A stretch of DNA of 64,000 nucleotides from Eledone cirrhosa (taxonomy: Eukaryota): assembly GCA_964016885.1 (NCBI GenBank), contig OZ024743.1, positions 16,368,001 to 16,432,000 on the forward strand, read 5' to 3'. The notes under the pieces were generated by a model. That model was given only the letters and a program-made list of their open reading frames with translations, ran no database searches and was not told where the DNA came from. The translations under genes were made by a program, and so were the position numbers. Below, piece after piece: positions 56,593 through 64,000 of this stretch. Numbering within the stretch: position 1 is the stretch's first letter; the number at the start of each line of letters is the position of its first letter.

Positions 56593-56779
56593 AATAATTG
56601 TTTCTACTTTAAGCACAAGGCCAGCGATTACCAATGCATTACTGGTACTTTATGTTATCAACCCCGTAAGGATGAAAGGTAAAGTCAACCTCGGCGGGAT
56701 TTGAACTCAGATCGTAAAGAGACGTAACTATGCTGGAAAGCATGGCGTCCGACACTCTACCGATACTGCCAATCCACCG
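56593..56779 (-). mobile_element. Octopod SINE, full length
   Basis: Family sequence with A and B boxes. Confidence 0.92.
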
Positions 56780-56985
56780 ATTTTATTTGAGTCTCAGCTG
56801 TTCAACACTGGCTTTAAGGAACATATATGGGCAAGATTGAGAAACAAAATACTTATTTTATTTTTAATATTCGGCAACGTCTGTCGCTACTCGCTCGGTA
56901 TGCAAATGAGGTTATTCAGCCGATGTATACTTGAGAAAGTACTATATATTTTCAACAGTTCAACATATTTGCTGAGAGGTATACA

Positions 56986-57020
56986 ATACTGATGAAGGGT
57001 AATAACCCATAAATTTGTTG
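56986..57020 (+). ncRNA. Degenerate hammerhead core
   Basis: CTGATGA-a-gggt(aata)accc-a-TAAA; the GAAA is lost. Confidence 0.35.
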
Positions 57021-57102
57021 AATGTTCCTCAAATCCAGTGACGACGGGTCACCGGCACGGCACAGCTTCTAATAGGGCTCAAACGAATCGACCATTATTA
57101 TT

Positions 57103-57213
57103 AAATCCCGCCGAGGTTGACTTTGCCTTTCATCCTTACGGGGTCGATAAAATAAAGTACCCGTAATGCACTGGGCAATTGCTGGCCTTCTGCCTAAAGT
57201 AGAAACAATTATT
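57103..57213 (+). mobile_element. Octopod SINE, 5'-truncated
   Basis: aaatcccgccgaggttgactttgcc...tagaaacaattatt. Confidence 0.9.
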
Positions 57214-57489
57214 AATGTTCGATATGATCCATACGTACATATGTATATGTATATGTGTGTATATATATGCAGTTATGTATGTATATATATGTGAGTACGT
57301 ATGCATACTTATATATATATATATGTTTTTCGTTTTGCAACGTTTTTGTTATAAAACCAACCAAACAGTTAGTGTGTTCTGCTATTAATACTGGCAATAT
57401 TATTACAACAATATGACCATTCCCAAGTATATATATTTATGAATATATAATATTTTCGTATAGTGAGAGAGTAGATGTTTAAAGGGATA

Positions 57490-58500
57490 AGCGATGCATA
57501 TAGTTAATTGCCAAAAGCTAGAGCATGTGTGCTCAATACTTGTGCCTACAGGGTTAAATATCGGAAGCGTTAATATTTAGCGGGCCAGAATATAAGCAGA
57601 GCGGTTACAAATGAAAGGATTGAAAAGGAGAATACATGCTGTTAGAACATGTTTATACAAAAACACCTACGTACGTTTCGCCCGAACAGGGCTTCTCAAG
57701 GGCATACAAGTCTAGAGAGTGTTCTGTACAGAACACAGAAGGGTTTTAAAGTGACAGTCACATCAAAGTTCATTCTTGATTCAAACAGAAATGTTGTTAT
57801 TTTCACTGAGCAAGGGGAGTAACTCTTGCCGGTGTTTGAATAAATGTCCCCAAATGCCTTATTATCCGTTCGCATGATAGTTGTTTTCCATTACTATTTT
57901 ACCGGTGCTACTGTACTATTGCCCAATCGGGCCGGATCTGAGAGGTATAGTTGGTGTAAAGATGTTTAGTTAAGCAACCTACCCACCGGCGCGTTGTGGT
58001 TTGTTTCTGAGGCACCCAGTTTGTGGTGTTCAGGTCTCAAAGGGGGTCCAACCATGGAATGACTGCTGTATTCTCTGTCTGCAGTTTATCACATATTCTG
58101 CTCTGCTGTTGATGAGCTCTAAGAGTGCTCTTATGCTATGGTAAATTTCCATGAGGGAGAGCTCGCATTTCCTCTTGAAGTTGAACCCTGTTGCCGTGCT
58201 GACAATTTCCAAGTATGTGGGGAAGCTAATATTGGAGTCTTTTAATGTTGTGATGTAGTTGGCGAGTGATGTGGAGTATCTTAGCTTCTTGATACTAAAA
58301 GAGTGGAGATGTGTCCCAAAACTAGTTTTGAACGAGTCAGAGGTGGTCCCTAAATAATGCTTGATACTATTATGGCTAGTTATGGTGCACCTATAAATAC
58401 GGAACACTCTCTAGACTTGTATGCCCTTGAGAAGCATGTTCGGGCGAAACGTACGTAGGTGCATTTGTATAAACATGTTCTAACAGTATGTATTCTCCTT
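57490..58500 (-). mobile_element. PLE (Naiad-like) GIY-YIG, 3' UTR and 5' inverted pseudo-LTR
   Basis: IYRCTI..HYLGTTSDSFK..H..SF...STSLANYI...CEL...E...CRQR; 57625-57728 is inverted at 58398-58500. Confidence 0.9.
57663..57705 (-). ncRNA. Minimal U3-A8 hammerhead (second copy 58421-58463 on +)
   Basis: atgccc-TTGAGAA-gccc(tgttc)gggc-GAAA-cgtacg (palindrome)-TA-ggtgt. Confidence 0.85.
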
Positions 58501-58516
58501 CGTAATCATTCATTTA

Positions 58517-58560
<44 letters not shown>

Positions 58561-58564
<4 letters not shown>

Positions 58565-59035
58565 GACAGCCCGAGCTATTGACCCTTATTGACTATAAAA
58601 TATATTTGGTGGAAAAGTTACTCAGTAAGAGAGATTCGATTGGTATTCTTACACACACGCACAGGCACACACACACACACACATATATATATATAGTGAC
58701 GAAATATAAGTTAATTGCATGAACTCATAATCCTTTATTTACTGATATATATATTTCGATGATAGCCATTGAATGGCTATGACCTCATCAGTCACTTCCC
58801 TCATTATATATATATATAGATATATATATATATATATATATATGTACATATATATATATATAAGGAACCGGGTGGACCATATCGAACCAGAGTACTCGAT
58901 GCTTTGGGTAGTACAGTGAGTAATAGGAAAACGTTCAGGACCCTGTCGGCAGATTTCAAGCCATTTCGACGGCTATTTCTGGACTCAAGAAATACCCGTC
59001 GAAACGGCTTGAGCTCTGCCGTCGGGGTCCTGAAC

Positions 59036-59121
<86 letters not shown>

Positions 59122-59224
59122 GTGTGTGTGTGTGTGTGTGTAAGAATACCAATCGAATCTCTCTTAGTGAGTACCACCAAATATATTCTGTAGTCAATAA
59201 GTGTCATTAGCTGGGGCTGTTCTA
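58561..59224. repeat. Nested fold-backs: outer arms 58561-58657/59133-59224, inner hairpin 58928-59040
   Basis: Direct reverse-complement comparison. Confidence 0.9.
58743..58794 (-). ncRNA. Minimal type-I hammerhead, canonical core
   Basis: tga-CTGATGA-ggtc-atagccat(tca)atggctat-catc-GAAA-tatata-TA-tca. Confidence 0.88.
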
Positions 59225-59891
59225 TTAGTTCTAATTCTTACTATAATTATGTCATTACATTAAATTTGAAACAAAATTGAAAATACATTACAAAAGAAAG
59301 AACAATTCTATCAACCATATCAGGTGTGATTATATACTTGTGATGTTATTCTTTATTGGACAGAGAAACAGATACACATTATGCTGAGGGTGTGTATTAT
59401 AAGAGACAAACATTTAATTTCTAGTCTTTACTGCATACATTTTGATAGAAGAGAAAGGAAAATCAATAGAAGTTTCAGTAACTATGGCAGCTATTGTTGT
59501 TTCTTATGGATGGTTGGTTATGAGATTGAATTTAGGCGACTTCAACATAAAGTTACTACGTGCCTTTTATCTATATAATTGCCATGTCGCAGAAAGTTTG
59601 TCTGTTGACACTTTGGAGCTGTTGACTACACTCTTCGTTTTCCGCCTCAGAAAGTATATAACTATTTGTCAACATGTATCTTCAGGTGTATCATCAAATA
59701 CAATGAGAAGTAAATATAAATAGACTTTGGTTACTCCCAGGATTTTCGTTTTGTAAAATATAATAAATTCGTAATGTAGATGATTAATTCAAGTAATAAA
59801 AGTATGTTGAATAGAACACTAACTGGAATTGATCAACGTGTTCTCCCTCTCCCCTCTTTCTGTCTTTCGTTATCTCTTTCTCACCCTGCCG

Positions 59892-59929
<38 letters not shown>

Positions 59930-59979
59930 GTTTGTCTAACTACCCAACTATATCACTCTCTATCTATATATCTATCTAT

Positions 59980-62570
59980 CGTTGATAGAAGACGTGTGTT
60001 ATTTCGGCTGCAACCTTTTTGGATTTGTATTACATTTTTGACTGTGAGTTTGTGTTTCATTTGATTTATTTGTGTGACCTAACCTCCCGCCTCGACTTGC
60101 AGACGGGTGGTTATTTTATTTTTACCCCTTTTTGGGGTTAAAAACTACTTTGAAAAATGTATATACCAACTTACAATAATGGACACCATACATGAAAACA
60201 CCATTGCCACGCCCCCCAGGGAAAGTGATAAAGAGGAACAAGTAACTCAACCTACTGAACCTTCCCTTCTCTCGCTTTTGCATGCGAGTATGGAAGTGGA
60301 TTTGGCGAACAATTGTAAAAACTTGGATAATAACCCAAACAATGGAAAGAGAAAATTGAAAGAATGTATAAATTACACTGACACCAACAACACCAACACA
60401 AATAACAAAGAACATAACACAAACACACACAAAAGCGAAAACAGCAGCAACAATGACAAAGAAAACAACATAAATGTGAACTCAAAATACGAAAAAATGG
60501 GTGAAAACCCCCAAACTGTACCGCAAACAACACCCAAAACGCAAACACCTAAGAGAACAAGAACAACAGCAACGAAACACAACAAAAAGACCCCACTACA
60601 CGAGTATCCTTTGCCCAAATCGTTAAGGAGACCGAAACTTTCACCCCAGTTTATATCAGTAATGCAGCGGAATTACTAAAGGGGGGGGGGGAGAAAACAG
60701 GTGAGCTTTGGTGAAAACGGTGAATTCACCATAATCTCCCCTAAGGATATTAACAGAGACATGGTCCTAAGGACAATTAATTTTAGAACTATATCAAATG
60801 CGTCGAAAAAACCAGCTCAATTATCGCATAGCGAAATTGAGCTGGTGTTAAAAGACGCGATGAAGGACATGATTTTTATTGAGAAAGGGAGTCTGATAAT
60901 TTTGATGAAGGACCAATTGGTGGCCCAAAAATACTCGGTGTCAACAATTGTGTCCAACAGTATACATTCTTCCCCACCTACATGGGGAAGAAAACTAAAA
61001 AAATAACAATCTCCGGTATACACCCAAATACAAATATGTGGTGGATACTAGGAGGGATACTGGACCACAAAGATGAACTCCTTGATATAGGCAAAGCCAC
61101 CAGGGGCCACTTTGGCGGTATATGCATACAGGTTCTGGTTCGAATGAAACGAGAACGTATCGCAAAGATATCCCCAAAGAGTGTCTCTGGAAGGCTCCCA
61201 ATTTATGAACATTGCAATTGAGGGTAGGTGGCCCGCTTGCTACCTCTGTGGAAGGCAGAGGTCACGTAAGGGCTGCCTGTCCTCAACAAACTAAAAAAAC
61301 CTTTACTGCCAACACCTCCAAAACCAACAACACCACCACCACCACAACAACAAACACACAAAGTCAATAAAAAACTGAACACGGACCCACCCAAACCCTC
61401 CACACCCAAAACACCTCCATTTTCCTGAGGACGTGCCCCCCATCCCCACCCTGTGTAACACCAATGAACCGCGTCCTCCTGAAACATTTCCCCACCCCCA
61501 CCCCAGACACCAACACCACACCAAACACCCCAAACCCACCACAGTCTGATGACACCACACCACCACAAACCACCACCCCGCCCAACAACCTCTCCTTTAC
61601 CTATGGAAGATGTGCAGCCCGGTCCCCGGGACGTAAGGAGGTAGGTGCATTTTCTTTTTCTTCCTCTTCGCCGCCAACATGGCTGTATTGAGAGTAGGAT
61701 GTTTGAATGCGCGTGGCCTTAGCTCAACTTGGAAACAGGCAAAACTTCTAAATGACCTCAGTTCGCGCAGTATAAATGCCGTAGCAATTTGCGAGTCCAG
61801 GGTCAGCAGCGAACGCCAGCTAGCCCCCACCTTTAACGACTTTGAGATATATGCATCTCTCTGTCAGCCAGGAGGTGGGGGTGGGGTTGTCGTTCTGCTT
61901 CAAAAATACCTGGGCCTCGCAACGCAGACGGTGCACTTGGACCCAGACGACTGGTGGTAATAGACGTTGGCAGTGTTGAAGGTGGAGCCTTTAGGCTGGT
62001 CGCCATCTATGCTCCTTTTGGGGCAGCGAGGCCGGACCGTTTCCAACGTCTGGAGACTTTTCTATGGACGTCCCGCTCCCTGCTTTTAGTGGGGGACTGG
62101 AATGGTATCCTAAATGCAGGTTGGGACTATGTAGGGGCATGTACCGATAGAGGGGGTGTAACAGGCTCAAACGGTTAATCGGCCGATTTGACCTGACCGA
62201 TAAATATCGACTAGATTTTCAGACTGCGCAACCTGGACTTGGACTAACCCCAGCGGATCATCTAGGTCGTACCTAGATAGGGTCCTAGTAAAGAAATAAG
62301 GATAGGGACCTACTAATTGTCCAGAGATGAGCATGGTTGGCTATTCAGATCACAAATTAGTGATCTGCTTAGTCAACCTTGATAGAACGCATAGACAAGG
62401 ATCCGGTTATTGGAAGCTGAACTTGTCCTTACCGGCAAGTAAAGCTTACAGGGATCGGATTAGCGCTTTAGTTAAGGAACAGTTGTATTTTACTCGTTCT
62501 TTTGTGTAACCCCCCCCCACCCTTGTATTTGTCCCCTTCTTTTGTGCCCTCGTGGCAATAAATATAAATT
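59980..62570 (+). mobile_element. L1/Tx1-clade element: 5' UTR, ORF1 and APE, joined directly to a 3'-UTR-like end; no RT
   Basis: gaagacgtgtg near the 5' end; knuckle CYLCGRQRSRKGC; MAVLRVGCLNARGL, VAICESR, LVGDWN, YSDHKLV, GSGYWKLN; then a pyrimidine-rich tract and AATAAA at 62557. Confidence 0.88.
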
Positions 62571-63805
62571 TATCAATATATCTCTCCACCATTTGTAGTT
62601 CATTATCATTGGGGATATTTTGCATGTGGCTCCTTCACAAGGCTGATGCTGTGCCTTATAGAAGCTTCTATGCAAATATGAAATAACTGAATTTGTGACG
62701 TTGACATGATGTTTTCTTGTAAAGCCTGTCACGATATTCGGTATTGATTGCAGTAGTATAGCTTAAAAAATAACATCGTTGTTACTTACTTTATTTTTTA
62801 CAATGTTCCCTTCTACGAAATAATAGAATGGGTTTATACTTTCAAAAATATACCTTACAAAATATTTCTCCACCTACAAAGCTATAATTCTCTAATTCCT
62901 AGCGCACCTTCTTAGTATTAATTACTCTATGAGATCCGCTAAAATCTTGCTTCTCCACAACACCAAATTCCTAACCAGTTAGTTAAGTTTATGGGTCTGA
63001 TTTTCACTTTATGCTCCATACATTTTATATTTCAATCTCAAGATACTTGCATTTTGGCAGTTTCATTCATACCGGGAAAAATTCAATTGCAATGATAACC
63101 AATATTTCAGTGAATCTTTATAAAACCTTTTAATAATATTTCTGAACGGTTCACCTTGAATTGTTTTCAGTTTAAACAGTAATATCCTAGACGTTTAAGG
63201 CCACGATGTTGTCATGTAGCGTGTTTTGTACTTGTTTAGGTTATTTTTTTTTATGTTTTCATTATAAATATTATACATTCATCTCTAGTTTCATGTAAGT
63301 TTTAGTGTATCACATTGTGTTACTCCCTGTACCTGAGATGTGAACAGCATAGTCTTCTTTTTGTGAAAGCTGGAGGACTTTAAATTCCCCTGTTAGTCTA
63401 CTGGATATATCATGCTTTGTTATGCAGTTTACCTTGTGGATTCCTTTATTACTTTAGTGTAGTCTGTACTGCATGGTGTGTTATGAAAGATTTGTTATTT
63501 TCCTGGGCATTAAACATATAAAATGTATGTTGTGTTGGGATGGTTGTTTTATTTTATTACATACGTTTTGTATAAAGTGTTCATGTTTTCCCCGTCCTTG
63601 ATTAATACATCTGAACAAAGTTCATGGTTATTTTATTAGATTGTACGGGTATATCCCAGACGATTCTCGCCACTTCGGAGATTTGCATATTGCCCATTTG
63701 ATATAGTCGCCAGCTTGATCATAAATGTGTATATATTCCGATTTAGAAAGATCATGGAAGTTTGGTAGAATATGGCCAAATGTCTAATTAAGCATTTGGA
63801 ATTAT

Positions 63806-64000
63806 AATCCACTCCTGACGGGTCGATATTATAAAGTACTAGTAATGTACTTGGTAATTGCTGGCCTTGTGCCAATAGTAGAAACAATTATTTTATTTGT
63901 GGGCAGTATCGGTAAAGGTCGGACGATGTGCTTTGCAGCACAGAGTTACGCCCCTTTATGAACTAAATCCAAATCCTGATGTTCACTTTGCTTTTCATCC
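63806..64000 (+). mobile_element. Two adjacent diverged SINE fragments
   Basis: 3' half at 63806-63893; 5' half from 63901 to the window end. Confidence 0.8.

Overview
AT-rich, microsatellite-saturated eukaryotic DNA, most likely an octopod cephalopod (inferred from the tRNA-derived SINE family and repeat content). I see no intact host gene. The window is a stack of retroelements: about 11 SINE copies, a Dong/R4-type RLE LINE, two L1/Tx1 LINEs (one near full length, one lacking RT), degenerate RTE and CR1 LINEs, and many Penelope-like element (PLE) fragments with GIY-YIG endonucleases. What the ORF track misses: (1) about 20 type-I hammerhead ribozyme motifs (intact to heavily degenerate) from several unrelated families, including U3-A8 core variants; (2) two non-coding tandem hammerhead units (318 nt and 486 nt between predicted cleavage sites) that resemble non-LTR retrozymes; (3) about 11 fold-back insertions, two spanning 5-6 kb and nested; (4) a degenerate LRR ubiquitin-ligase-adaptor-like pseudogene whose putative 5' part is inverted relative to the rest. 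Most listed ORFs are microsatellite artefacts. All calls were made by eye and element boundaries are approximate.
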